Shown piece by piece: positions 26,175 through 40,340 of a stretch of 64,000 nucleotides of DNA. The notes below the pieces were generated by a model, which did no database searches, was not told the origin of the DNA, and was given only the letters and a program-made list of their open reading frames with translations. The position numbers and the translations under genes were made by a program. Each line of letters opens with the position of its first letter. The stretch's first letter is position 1. Source of the stretch: Bispira polyomma (Eukaryota). The stretch spans positions 35,836,001 through 35,900,000 of the forward strand of contig OZ287754.1 in assembly GCA_965649765.1 (NCBI GenBank), written 5' to 3'.

Positions 26175-26465
26175 CTTAACTACATCTAGAGTGTAACACT
26201 GTTGCATAGGTATACAAGATAAGTTAACTACATCTAGAGTGTAACACTGCTGCATAGGTACACAAGATAAGTTACCTACCTCTAGATAACACATCTGGAG
26301 GTAGCAGTGTTGCCTCCCACTTTTGCAGTTGTGGGTTTGGGTCCCTGACATGCATGTGGGAAGACTGGTTGATAACAGTGCAGAAACCTAATCAACTGAC
26401 CTGTACTAATTTCCTATTTTAACTGAAACTGCCTGTCGTGATTTAGTATTAAGGTACTAAAAGTT
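26175..26465 (+). mobile_element. Second copy of the 48-mer + SINE-like body (only ~2.5 units)
   Basis: TAACTACATCTAGAGTGTAACACTG...CAAGATAAGT units followed by GTAGCAGTGTTGCCTCCCACTTTTGCA...GTCCCTGACATGCATG. Confidence 0.65.
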
Positions 26466-27364
26466 AGTATATGCAAGGAAATCAGGCTATTTCCCACAAT
26501 GTCAAATGAAATGTAAACATAGTGGCAAAGAACATATTGGAAAGGTAATATTTTCACCAATAAGTGGGCGGTTTACAAAGTATCTTACTTCTAGATACTA
26601 CATTGACAACAAGAGTTATTTCTGAGTGATACAAGATAAATTACAGTTCACTAGCAATTTTAGCATTTTTTTTATGCAAAAACAATTTAAAACTTTAATA
26701 CTTCATTGCAAAATGATTAAAACAGTAATATAACGAATCTTGTATTGTGACGTCACACAATATAATATATATGTAGAATGTCATATTTATAAACAATTCT
26801 CAAGGAGAAGCCTTTCTATTGCGACATAATACGAGTATTGATCCATCACATATGAAGACATTATATATGTTAAACAAATTTAGAAAAAGTGTATATTATT
26901 TTGAGTGATTTACTATTGATATTTTAAATATCCTTCCTGATTTTATAAAAACGAAGAAATTAAAAAAGCGTGTTTGCAAGAAAGCAAATTAAATGGCCTC
27001 TTAAATGATCTGTATTTGTGAGTTTAATTAAAAAACTAAATCATTCAAAATGACGATAAAATATTCCTTTTTCTAGCGATGTACAACATTTCAAGATTGT
27101 TTTCTTCTTGAGTGTAAATTGTGTCACGTTTGTGAAGCATGTTCTTTTAAAATATTAACCATTTTTGCCTTATTACATGTATTTTATGTCATAAAATATT
27201 TATTAAGATGCCACTTGAAATGTATTAATCAGAACATAATTAAAACAGATGACATTATTTATTATTTCTACTGATGAAAATGTAAATATGTTATGCATAA
27301 ATTGAGTTTAAGCGAAATCAATTATCGAGAGTTTTCTTGCATTTATAATATATGTAATAATCAT

Positions 27365-28670
27365 TTTTAGTTTCCTCCCTCTATCGTCCACCTAACCCTT
27401 CTATATCTGCCTTCAATCAAGCGTTTTCTCGTTTCCTTGAATCTTTTTCCTCCTCCCGCTGGAATCAATTGTACTTGGTGACTTCAACATCAAAGTTGAC
27501 ATCAATAACACGACAACCAAAGATTTCTACAGCCTCTTCAATATTTTTAAATTCGAACAGTTTATTTCCTGTCCCACTCATCTCCATAACCACATTCTTC
27601 ACCTGCTCATTGCTCGACCAGAGTCCAAGCTGATACATGATGTATGGGTTACTGACGGGGTGTCTGACCATCTTCCCACTTTTGCACATCTCGTGATTCC
27701 CAAACCACTGTCACACAAACCTTAGGTAATAAAATGACACTCAAATCTATCTCTCTCTTAACACTCAGAATGCCAGAAACAACCTGGATTTACTTGTCGA
27801 CTGTCTCTCCTCAGTTCACTGAAACTAAACCCTTACACAACTGAATTCATCCTAATTGGAAAGAAACAGAGTGAATACTTAAGATCACTTTTCCCAATTA
27901 CACTACTGGGCAATAAGATTCAACCTTCAGACCAGGTCAAAAACCTAGGTGTCACTATCGACCCTGCTTTTTCATTTCTTCCTCACAGTAACAAGATCCG
28001 CCGCTCCTGTTACTATCACATTCGGGACTTCAAAATAATCAGAAATTATCTGTCACTGGATACTGCTATCACTGTGGCCAACGCTTTTGTAAGTAGCCAT
28101 CTTGACTACTGTAATTCTCTTCTGTATGGAGCCAATAAGCCCCACATGAACAAGTTGCAGTCCATTCAAAACTATCTATGTAGAGTCAGCTTTCGTTTGG
28201 GAATCAGTACTAATGTCACTCCATACCTCAAAAAACTTCACTGGCTATCGAATCCTGTTAAAATGCACGTAACCATTTTTAAAGCTGTTGTCTCTCAACA
28301 GCCTTACTACCTCGCTACTAAACTCTCCTTCAGCAGCCAAAAAGGGGGAAAAGACTCTCTCTTTCCTCTATAAAACCCACCAAGAGGGTTGGATCTAGAA
28401 CCTTCATGGTCGCCGCCCCTATGTTATGGAACAGCCTTCCAGTTGAACTTAGACTGCTTAAAACACTCTCTGGTTTAGGAGAAAGCTTAAAACCTATCTC
28501 TTCAGGCTCGCCTATCCACCGTAGTCCTCTTCCTGGGCACTGACGCATCCATCCTTACAACCTGGGTATGGTTTTTTTTATTTTTCTATTGGCTGATTGA
28601 TTCTGATGTTACGCCTTACAAGATGCCTAGCATCAATAAGGCGCATTAAAAATGTACAATACAATACAAA
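27365..28670 (+). mobile_element. Internally deleted L2/CR1-group LINE (APE C-terminal half joined to RT C-terminus and 3' UTR)
   Basis: LYRPP, VLGDFNIKVD, PTH and GVSDH (endonuclease) at 27380-27690. Then KLNP..TEFILIG, VKNLGVTID, AFVSSHLDYCNSLLYG, KKLHWL, GSRTFMVAAPMLWNSLP, LKTYLF. Tail GCGCATTAAAAATG(TACAA)n. Confidence 0.9.
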
Positions 28671-31600
28671 AATAAATAGCACAATAGTATTAAAATGAGG
28701 CCTTCTTAACAAGAACTTTTGGAATTGCTTAATATGATGAAGTGACTTAACGTTTTAGGAAAAGCTACATATTTGTGTATATTTTATAAAGAATGGATGA
28801 AGTTAGATGTTGAGTGAACTCAGAACTGTTAACTCATTCGATGACAAGCTAGCACTGGTGCAAAACCTCTCGAGAAAGCTCTGCAGGGAAAACGAGCTGT
28901 AGCCTTTCCTGATGACCTATTTTTATTTCATATTTATTGAGCATTGCAATCGTGTGAATGTGCATATTTAGAGTAAAATGTGATTTTACAATTTGTCTAC
29001 ATTCCTATCCACGGATCTACATCTTACTAGCTGAGGAGCCTACTTATGGCTAGGATATGTGTATGAGTTTATAGTCGGTATCTATAAAGTCATTGTGTAT
29101 CAGATCAGGCTGTCTGACAAACATTAACCCTCTGCAAGGCTAGCCTTCCAGACAAAGCTGTGCAGGGGAGATGGGCTGTAATGTTTGATAGGTGGAGAAG
29201 GGCGTCTTTGTTTAGACTAGTCCAATTTGATTCTGGCAAGGGTTCTAGTTTTTTGACGTCATACGCGTGGCGTAAGAATTCAACTTGAATGATTTGTGTT
29301 CTACATACAGCTGTAATTATACAGTAACAGCCACACTTTTAGCCCAGATATGTTAAAGCATTAACAGCATTAGGTGTGTGCTAACTCATGTGAAAGTACA
29401 TCTTTAACATAAGTTATTAACTTAAACTTACAAAAGTTACTATATAAATTGTACAAAAACCATCATTGTAGAGAAATATTTATAATAAAACACTGTAAAC
29501 AGTTGATCTTAAGCTGACAAAAAAGTACAATGCTTGACCTTTCTAAAATACAAATACTTCCCACGCTCATTTAAAAATAAGCTAGTTTTCTATTTTTCTT
29601 TATTACCTAAGGACAATCGTCTTACGACATCTATTCAGCTTTCGCTGATTTATGAGGACAATAAATGAGATGTTGTGCAACAGATTGCATGTGTTTTATG
29701 ACTTTCAGTTCAAGTAGTTTTTTTGTACATCGAAGCCTCTGGGTGTTAGGTAATTTATACACAAAACAGGATTAGAAAACTACTACAAATGTCAGAAAAT
29801 GGAAAGTATTGGACAGTCATTTTCATACATTGCCAAATTCAGAAATGGTAACATAACTTACTTAAAGACTCAAACATACAGAGTGGTTCAAACAAAAAAA
29901 GAGTATAATACAGAGTAAATTCAATATATTAAAAGATCTGCCTCATTGTACTAATAAGTGTAAAAAAAACTGTTAAAGTCTATATATGATATCATTGTTT
30001 CATTTTACAAAACTTAATTCACGTTAGTTTTATTTAGGCCGTTATCATTCTCTGCAAATCTTCAATCATTTTGGGTTATTCTGTAAGAATTCCCTGAAGA
30101 CTTATTTTGGAAGGTTTCAAATTTCATTTTCAAATTAATCTTCCAATAAGTATGTATTATATAATGACAGACAGTTTATTGCTTAAAGAAAGCAGTTCCT
30201 AGTAGTTAAGACTAGGACGGTTTTCTGTACTGCGAAACCCCAGCCTTCAGCAAGTGTACTGCCAACTTTTCCACTTATATGTCTTAGTCGAGAATTGAAA
30301 CTCTACTGCAAATATTGATGGCAAGAGTAAGGTCTTAAATTTGTAAAGTTACTATCTGCAAATAGAAAAAAATGGAATTTCAAACAGGGTTTTTTGGCTT
30401 ATCACCTCTAGTTTACAATTGATACACATTAACTCTCCAGAATAAACAAGAAGCCTTCTGAAAAGGCTAGAGTATGCCTTGGCCAATTCTATAGACCTAA
30501 ACGATCATGCATGGAACCACTTAGCTGGTTGAATGGTTCATTTAACATTTATTTAGAATTGTTTTTATCTTATTTACACTTACTGGCGTTACTGCAACGA
30601 TAATAACCTTAGCTTCTTGCCAACCCAAACCTCCATGCATCCAAAGAGTGATGCTTTAAAGGCCTGTTGTAAATATTATTACAACTACAATTCTAGGTAA
30701 ATAAAACCCAAAGCTGTATGCAGTTGAGCCATCCCTATTCTAAACTGTAATCTTTTAAACAGCCATCCACCCTGGTATGTTCCCGACTTACGGAGATATT
30801 TTTTCCAAATAATATGCCCAAACTTTGCGCAATGTCACACTTTCTGCAATTGTGACCTATATTTGCAACACCAGCAACTAAGTTTTCTGTTTTTGCAAGG
30901 TAGCTTAGATTTAAGATCAGATTTAGGATTGGAAACACTGTCCTCAAAGGTTAGTGACACAGGATTGTGAAGCAGCTATAGGCACCACTGTAACTTGTAA
31001 CAGACAAAGGTAGGGAAATGTGCAGTATATATTTAAAAACAAAAATAATGTATAGTTTTCATTTTCCTTCTGCTTATATTTCACCGGACCTGGCTTGCCA
31101 AAACTTTAAACAAGTACGTCAAATACCATCTGCCCCATATTGCTGTTATGTCTTGAAAAACAGTAACAACAACATGTGCGATCATAACATTTAAGATTTC
31201 ACACAAGTTCTGAATTGTTTACACATATTTATAACACCTGCTTTGCTGTTACAAAAAAATATATATATTTCCATGTTGTACATTGTTTAGAGCAATGGCT
31301 GTGGTTTTTGTCAAATAGTTAGTTTTCACTTGTCATTTGGTTGGTAGGTTGATTGGTTTAGTGTCCAATAAACATACATAAATAATGGAGTGTACTGGAA
31401 GCACTAAAAACACACTCACCCATGCTGGAGGAAAGATGTATTCCTAGAATAACAAGAAGAACTGATAAAGTCATACAATCCGAATCCATGGTCAATTCAG
31501 TTTATCCTTCAGGGATTTTAAATTAGTCAAATGGTTGATTTAATTATTTTTGAAAATATCAACAAGTCAGTACCAAGTGACTATTAAAATCAAAAACATC

Positions 31601-34584
31601 TACTTCAACTTAAAGTTTGTGTACATAACTTTCGTCTTGATCAGTCTTCAGTTTTTACCCGGTAAAATAAATGGTGTGTATGTGTTATATGTGGTCTAAA
31701 TTGAAACCAGTCAGACCATTTCCAAGCATCCAAACCTTGAATACGGTTTTTTTCTCCTCCAAATTTCAAACCAAGAAAAACAATGAATCATTTAATATAA
31801 TTTTGTTTATCTTACACATTCGTGTATAACCAGCTAGAGTATATCTACACGTGCACCCTTTTTTCTTTGTATTATTTCGTTCACGGGACTGTTTTAAAAA
31901 CACTACCCAGTGTGGTGGTGAGCAGGACTTGTTAACATAGTTTCATAGCTTTTTTTTACAAAACAGAAATATTTAGACAAGTGTGTATCAAAGTAGCAAG
32001 GTGATCGAACCCAAGTCTATGCTTATTGCTCTCACTCAAACTAAGGATAGAGAAGCCTCTCTCTAAATCTAGATCCCTAGATACATAGTGCAACTTGATA
32101 AAGAGATTCAGTAGTGAACTGGTCAAAATGGCTAATGATAAAAGTCTAAACAAAGCCCCAAATGACAAAGAAGTCTCAGTAATCAGGGCCAGATTGAAGT
32201 TTAAGCTTGAATTCACGGCAATTACTACTGAAGCTACAGGTTAACAAGACAAACTCTACTGAGAAAAGATCACTGTACATAGTGGGTTTGGTAGTATTAC
32301 AGAAATGGTGCATCTTAAAGTAAACATTCGGTCAGCCCTAAATTGAGTTTGAATAAGTTAAAACATAAAAGAGAAGTTTTATGAGTCTGTTATCCATTAG
32401 AACTTGAGGGAACAAAAGTCAGTTGAGCCTGGTAGCTCTCAGTAAGTTTAGATTTCAAGCTCTGTGTGAAGGTTAACTTAGCCTTGTCAAAGACTCGTCT
32501 TACTGTAATGCAATTTTATAACAGTGATGACATCTTAAATGTTCTACTTATTTACAGTGCTGTTCTAGTTACTAGTTATAATGATGAAATAATGAAGTTT
32601 TAAGAATACTGAGAAACTCTAACTATCTAAGATATCTGAAATTCTGTATGAACAAGCTTTGTCTAAAAGCTTTAGTTTGCTCTGTTATCACAGAAACTTT
32701 CTAAACTCTCTTTATATCAATGCACTACTGAAGACCACAATGTGCTCTTATAAATGTAGCATTCTCACATACAGATCAACTAGCAGTGAATATCACAATG
32801 TACGGCATAAGGAAAGATGAAATTGCCGCCTTACTAATAAAGGATTTTGCTAAATACCGTTATGTATATATTTTTCAAATATATTTAATTTAGACAACTT
32901 TAGGGTGAAGAAAGGCTAGGAGTTCCTTGGAACAGGAAATTTCAACCCCTTATTTCTCAAGCCGGAGTTTCTGGGGTCAGATGCTACTCTAAATGTAGTC
33001 TTGATCAGGCAGAATTTTGACTTCCTTCTCTTAGTTTACATGAAAATCAAACTGTATCAATCGTTCTTCTATAAACAATGAATCAGAAACCAGTGGACTT
33101 AATCAGAGGACTTAAACAATCTCAACTTCTGATATTCCTTGTAAATACATATTCTCAAAAGTCATATAGATTACCAATCTCTTTTTTATTTAATGTAAGT
33201 ACACTAGGAAATAATGTTCTTGAAATGGTAATATATTAAATTATAACTGGCGTACATTTAAGAGAGTTGTTGGAGTATCGTTGGATTACTAAATCTATAT
33301 ATATTTCCTAGACTAGCTTGACCTCTTTTTCAAAAAGGTCCCAAATCCGAGAGTTTCTCTCCAACTTAAGCCTAACCAGGGCTAAGATCCACCAGACATT
33401 TGGTGTTTGGAAACTCAAAGCAGATTTCCAATGAAAAACATCCCCTGAACTTTTGAAGGCCAGTGTATTGTAGTTTCAAGAAGGGCCTATCTTTGATCTA
33501 GAAAATATATAGATTACTGTGTTATGTACACTTGTATAGGAACATCGACTATGCTTAGTTGAAGTGTGTAGCTCGTGAAATTGGCGGAGATAATTTGATA
33601 AATAACAAAGTTAATTTTGTTTCTCTTTCCTGGTAGATAATATGTCACAGGTTTTGGGTGGTACCAATATTCAGAAGGCAGCATTTATCTTCCATATCGA
33701 ACACGATATGTTTAACTCTTTCTAAACATTTAATGTTGCATCACCTAAAAGGGAGCCTTGCTTGAGGCCCAATATTGTCAGACAGTCGAACTTGACTTAC
33801 ACAAGATTATAATGTACTGATACAAGTTTTTTGAGAAAGTAATACTACCAATAATTACCTAATGGTCTGCCTATTGAAATTTGTTCTGTCGACTGACTCG
33901 TGCTCGGAAACAATCAATAAATTTAGGAAAGCCCATTAGATAACCATTAGATAACCATGTTGTTCATAACTGCTCTATGTCAAGTGATAATTATTATACC
34001 ATTATTATCCAAATTTTGCCTTTCCTTGATGGCACCTATTTACTCTGGTGTCTATTTGATGACAAACCTATGATTTATATTATGCCACACCTTAGCATTC
34101 ATTAGTATGATGATTAGGCACCTGGAGAGGTTTAAAAGAATATAAGGCAAAAGCCTGGACTTTACTTTAACATTTGCTTCCGACAACTGAGTATTGCATA
34201 CTGCGACTGTCGATAAACAACTGAAAAGAGTATGACAAATGTTGACAATAGATGATAAAGTATGATATTCTAGTTTTGAGCTTTAAGCAAGTCTAACAAC
34301 AACCGGCATTTATTCCTTCAAGCATGGTGAGAAGTTTACCTGGGTAACAACTGCAACTTTTCATGATAATCTATCTTCTTGTATTTGACAGAAACCGTGA
34401 TATTTTATTAATCAACCGGCAAATGAGGAGTTAAGATTGCTATTTTTACTATCAAGGATACACTATGTAGTTTGGAACTTCCTGTAATTTTATAGAATAC
34501 TGAGAAAAAGTTGAAATGTACTATACGAGACATCAGCCTTTTTGTGGCTCTATTTGGTAATGACCAGTTACTCAATCATCTGCC

Positions 34585-34905
34585 CACATATAATACAATA
34601 GTGTCAGAGTGAACATATGATGATCCTACAGCGTCTAAAGGATCTGTCCACAAATAAAACAATAGTGTCAGAGTGGACATATAATGACCCTACAGCGTCT
34701 AAAGGATCTGTCCACATATAATACAATAGTGTCAGAGTGGACCTATAATGATCCTACAGCGTCTAAAGGATCTGTCCACAAATAAAACAATAGTGTCAGA
34801 GTGGACATATGATGATCCTACACTGTGTAAAGGATATGTCCACAAATAAGACAATAGTGTAAGAGTGAACCTATGATGATCCTACACTGTGTAAATGATC
34901 TGTCT
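34585..34905. repeat. 64-bp minisatellite, ~5 copies
   Basis: AATAGTGTCAGAGTG recurs at 34597, 34661, 34725 and 34789. Confidence 0.93.
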
Positions 34906-35214
34906 ATTGGAGTTTTGTGCAGACTCTCATTAGTAAATAATTAAAAACATATTTATGAAATAGTTACTTTCCCAAGAATGTATACCACCTGACAATAGGA
35001 AAAATATTTCTTGTATATGCTGTGTGCGCAGGATGGAATGTTATAACCTTGAGTTTTATAATGTCACATTTCCACAGTCATTAGTCTAATAATTTGGTAC
35101 ATTTGGGAGTTTTTATAGAATATAAGATAAAATCATGGATTAAATTTTACTTTAACATTGCTTCCAATAACTGAGTATTAATTATACTACAATGGTCAAA
35201 CGACAAACCATCGG

Positions 35215-36180
35215 CTTATATACTACAGCACTGAGGTCACAGCAGAAGCCAGAAGTGTGGGTAGTTATTACATATTACAGCATTGATGTCACAGCATAGG
35301 CCATAAGTGTGGGTAGTTATTACTTACTACAGCATTGATGTCACAGCAGGGGTCAGAAGTGTAGGTAGTTATTACATACTGCAGCATTGAGTTCACAGCA
35401 GAGGTAAGAAGTGTGGGTAGTTATTACACACTGCAGCATTGATGTCACATCATAGGCCATAAGGGTCTGTAGTTATTACTTACTACAGCATTGAGTTCAT
35501 AGCAGAGGTAAATAGTGTGGGTAGTTATTACACACTGCAGCACTGAGGTCACAACAGAGGTCAGAAGTATGGGTGGTTATTATATACTACATCACTGAGG
35601 TCACAACAGAGGTCAGAAGTATGGGTGGTTATTATATACTACATCACTGAGGTCACAACAGAGGTCAGAAGTATGGGTGGTTATTATATACTACATCACT
35701 GAGGTCACAATAGAGGTCAGAAGTATGGGTGGTTATTATATACTACATCACTGAGGTCACAACAGAGGTCAGAAGTATGGGTGGTTATTATATACTACAT
35801 CACTGAGGTCACAACAGAGGTCAGAAGTATGGGTGGTTATTATATACTACATCACTGAGGTCACAACAGAGGTCAGAAGTATGGGTGGTTATTATATACT
35901 ACATCACTGAGGTCACAACAGAGGTCAGAAGTATGGGTGGTTATTACATACTACATCACTGAGGTCACAACAGAGGTCAGAAGTATGGGTGGTTATTATA
36001 TACTACATCACTGAGGTCACAATAGAGGTCAGAAGTATTGGTGGTTATTATATACTACATCACTGAGGTCACAACAGAGGTCAGAAGTATGGGTGGTTAT
36101 TATATATTACATCACTGAGGTCACAACAGAGGTCAGAAGTATGCATAGTTATTACATACTATAGCACAGAGGTCACAACA
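35215..36180. repeat. 52-bp minisatellite, ~18 copies (diverged 5' units, homogeneous 3' units)
   Basis: Unit TATATACTACATCACTGAGGTCACAACAGAGGTCAGAAGTATGGGTGGTTAT. Confidence 0.96.
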
Positions 36181-38259
36181 TAAGCCAGGCCTGAGTACTA
36201 CATAAAATTGTGTTTTTTGAAGGCCTTAATACAGTGGGAAAGGGAGGAATTTATGATATTTAGTAAAATGTTATACAAAAAGGCAAAATATTTCTTGTAT
36301 ATGCTATGTGCACAGGATGGAATGTTTGAAGGCTATTATAATGAAATGTTTAATAAAAGAAAGCTTTTGTTAGGGAGTGCCAGAGGTTAATTAATGCTTT
36401 AGATAGCAGATAACTGTAGGCACTATGCTGTATTTATTTGAATACGAATATAAATACGGTACTTCTAGATTGTTAGCTGTTCTGAAATGTTGTTTATATA
36501 AATGTTAAGACAGCCCCAGAAAGTCTAATAGCTCTCTGAGTAGTGGAACACTTCACTCTGATTAGATTGGAGACGACCGACCGACAAGCGTTGATGGGCC
36601 AGATAATTCTGACAATGAATTTGTTGATATAATCCTTCAGACTTATCAACATCCGGCAAATAAAAATCATGTAGAATTTGATGGAAAAATGCCTAGAATC
36701 CTATTGTGGATTTTCCGAGAGGTCTAAAATTAGCCCAAAATTTTGAAAACCTGAAAACTGAATAATCATATGACAAACATCTTTTAGACCATCTGAAGTA
36801 AACTATCAATTGGCATCAATTAAATTTATGTCTTACCCACGGCATTATTTTAAAAGTGTGAATTCTTACTATTTTCTATCCTCTAAACAACCATAAATCT
36901 GATCAAATTACAGACTTGTTGTCTTTGTGTACCAATGCCAGCCACACACAATAATCTTAAAGAGAGAAACTATTGTCTTAGGTCTATCCCTTTGAAATAC
37001 AAGGTAGCCTGAAACTCCAATTTCCTTTATAATAATGAGTCTTAGAATTGTAGTCACCCAAGTCTGAATAGCATAATATGCTCTACTAATCCTACTGCCT
37101 TTTACCGTTCCTGATAAGATCTTCAGATACTTCCAAATGTGTGATACACTAAATTCAATGTGTACATATTTAATATGTTTGTAGATCAAATGACGCTATC
37201 AGTGCCTCGGGTTTCAGAAGTCAAGCCAATAATTAAGTATCTTGTGATCAATGTTACAGTCTATTTTGGTAAACCCTTAATGATGTTTTGGACATTCTCA
37301 AGGCAGGAGTGACTGACCTGAATTAGGTCAAGATAAAGCTTTTTGACCTTGCTATAGTGAAGTTTTTTAATTAAGAATTTAGATGCAGGTTTGGGAATAT
37401 TTATTTATATATTCTTCTATTTACAGCTTTACAAAAATTTTATAAGACTTTTTATAACTTTAAAATATGCCAAACTGCATTATAACATGGCCACCATGGA
37501 CCGCTAAACGCTATGTTGAACATCTAATAATGACGTCTATGAGCAACGAGTGAAGTATAACATTCCATAATCACATTAAAAAGTTTTAAATAAAATAGTT
37601 ATGATATATATCATATAATAATGTATGTTTATGGAGAACCTAGTCGCACCTAGTCGCCTAGCAGAGGATCCTGTTTTCCAGAGCCTCTATTCTACCCGGG
37701 CTTCCCTAAAGAGAGGTTCCACATTCAAGTTCGATCGGCAAAAAGTCCCCGACTGTAATATCGGGGTGGTCGGGACCAAAAAATCAATAAAATCCACTTT
37801 TTTGGGCGGGAAAAAAAAATGTGCCCCAATCGAACTGATTGCGCGCCTTTTTGACGGGCCCACGACCACAATTATACGTACAAAAAGGCCATACGACTTT
37901 GAACTCCATTGACCCCGACCTTCCCGACCTTGATAGGATCGAACTTTTTGGCGATAGGATCGAACATATTGGCTTAGGATCAGACGTATTGACTACAGGA
38001 TCTGACGTATTGGTCATCCAGACCAATAGGATCGAACTTTCTGAAAGATGAAGTCAGGAGTGCTTTTAGACCCTGTAAGTACCCCTTTTTAAGCCCTAAA
38101 ACTCAGGAATTTTTGAGTAATCAGGTCATTAATAATTGAGTAATTGAGTAGAATGCCAGGAAGAAGTGATGAAGATTTTTCGAGGAGATTAGGGACATTT
38201 TTAGTTTTTTTTGAGATCGAAATATGTATCCTTATGCTTATATTACAATTTGAGAAAGA

Positions 38260-39455
38260 CAAGGCCCAGGCTCAGGAAGATTTGAACCCAACACCACCAC
38301 GTTCCCCTTGCACTCCCCCGGAGAAGATTAAACTTCCACATATGTCACCCATCTGCTGGGTCAAGCCTTGGATCAGTCAGAGAGATGCCCTAGGCTACTA
38401 CACAAACTTAGTGCCGGAGCTACAGGAAGGGAATGCAGCCTCATACAGGAATTTTTTCAGGCTACCACCTGATATATTTGAAGAAATCAAGGATAGGATA
38501 ACACCCCATGTGAAAAAAGAAACAACTTGGTACAGAAAGCCCTTGGATGTTGGACTGAAACTGGCTGTAACTTTGAGGCACCTGGCCACTGGGGAGAGCT
38601 ACAGGTACCTGTCCTACCAGTTCAGGGTGGGAAATCATCCATCACCAAGTTTATACCAGAAGTATACAAGGCCATCATTAGGGAATATGAGACAGAAAAT
38701 CTAGCCTGCCCAGCCACCCCCCGCAGACTGGCTGAAAATAGAAGAAGTCTACAGGAACAGGTGGAATATCCCTCATGCTGTTGGATCTATTGATGGGAAG
38801 CACGTGGCCATCAAGAAGCCTCCTAAGGCTGGGAGTGAATTTTACAACTACAAAGGCTTCCACTCCATTGTCCTGTTTGCCCTGGTTGATGCGGATTACA
38901 GATTTATTTGGGTGGACATTGGCTGTAGTGGTTCCTGTTCCGATGCCCAATTTTTTGCTCTGAGCTCAAGCAGAAAATAGAAGATGGATCCATTGGGCTG
39001 CCCAGACCTGCACCACTGTTTCAGGGGTCTCGACGTGACGTGGAATACTTCCTGCTAGGGGATGATGCCTTTAGATGATGAAACCCTACTCAAGGAAGGA
39101 ACTCACCCATGCACAGAGAATTTGTAACTACAGGATATCCAGGGGAAGGCGGGTAGTGGAGAACGCTTTTGGGATTTTGGCCAGCCGCTTCCGCTTATTA
39201 CTGACGACGATGCAACAGCACCTCCTAGTGGCCTCAAATCTGACATTGACATGTGTGATATTACAGCCGGTGTGGAAACCCACCACTATAGCACCCCAAC
39301 CCACAAGATGATCCACCTGAACCCGAGGTGCAGTTTGTAGGAGATCGACCGACCACCCACAGAAACCCATCCAGGTCGGCCAAAGAACAGAGGGATGTGT
39401 TAATGAACTTTTTTATGAATGAGTGGGCAGTCCTGTGGCAAGAGGAAAGAGTTTA
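38260..39455 (+). pseudogene. PIF/Harbinger DDE transposase (HARBI1-like), frameshifted
   Basis: [99 protein letters not shown]; at least 3 frameshifts. Confidence 0.93.
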
Positions 39456-40340
39456 ACCTGAGCCTGAGCCTAACCACCTGTGCCAGATGAGAAGCCAACC
39501 CAGAGGTCTTGCAGTAGCTGAAAATTTAAAAGGTCCTTTTCAGGACCACCCAAATATTTCAAGAACAATGTTTGAGCTGTTTGTTTCACCCCCACCCCCA
39601 ACCCATTACCAATAACAATCACTAAATGTAATACCCAGGACCACTACATACATACAACATAGCTTGTCCCCCCACAAAACATTGAAAATGTTAAAAGCCC
39701 TACCCTCACAGACAATAAAAAACCCTTGGTACCAGTTGTTTTGGGCAAAAAAAGGGTTAAATTCCAAAAAAGTTGTGCGACCACTCATTTGGAAGATTTT
39801 TATTTTAGAATGTTATTTATTTTGATTTTCTATCTCATATTTGGTATACCTTGTCATTTAACAAAAACATTCCAATGGGGATAGGGCTTTTCATTCTCAA
39901 TTGGATAATTACTTGGGCAATTTTGGGAGGTTTTGATTTTTTTTCCTATTCTCAAACAAAATTGTCTAAACAGGGACATCTTTTACTTTACAAGTTGGAC
40001 ATTCACAAACAAGTTATTGTCTGTATGAGTGTTATTTGTTTTGCGTGGCTAAATAATCTGTTTGTTTGGGCTAATGTTTGGGGCTTGTTTTTTGGGACAA
40101 TGATAATTATATATCTGTCTGTATGTGGGTATTTATTTTGAGGGGACAGTGTAATCTGTTTGTTTGGGATATTTTTTTTTTCATTAATTTTTATTCTGTT
40201 TTTTTTGGGCGGACAATGATAATTATATTTCTGTGTGTATGTGTGTATTTTTTTGAGGGGACAGTGTAATCTGTATGTTTGGGGCTTATTGTTTTTTCAA
40301 CAATAACTTAAGATATTGTTCTTGGAGGGATCAGGTGGCC

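Noticed and set aside
39851-40269. Hydrophobic ORFs resembling membrane proteins
   Set aside because: T-rich, internally duplicated spacer between the Harbinger genes; composition artefact.
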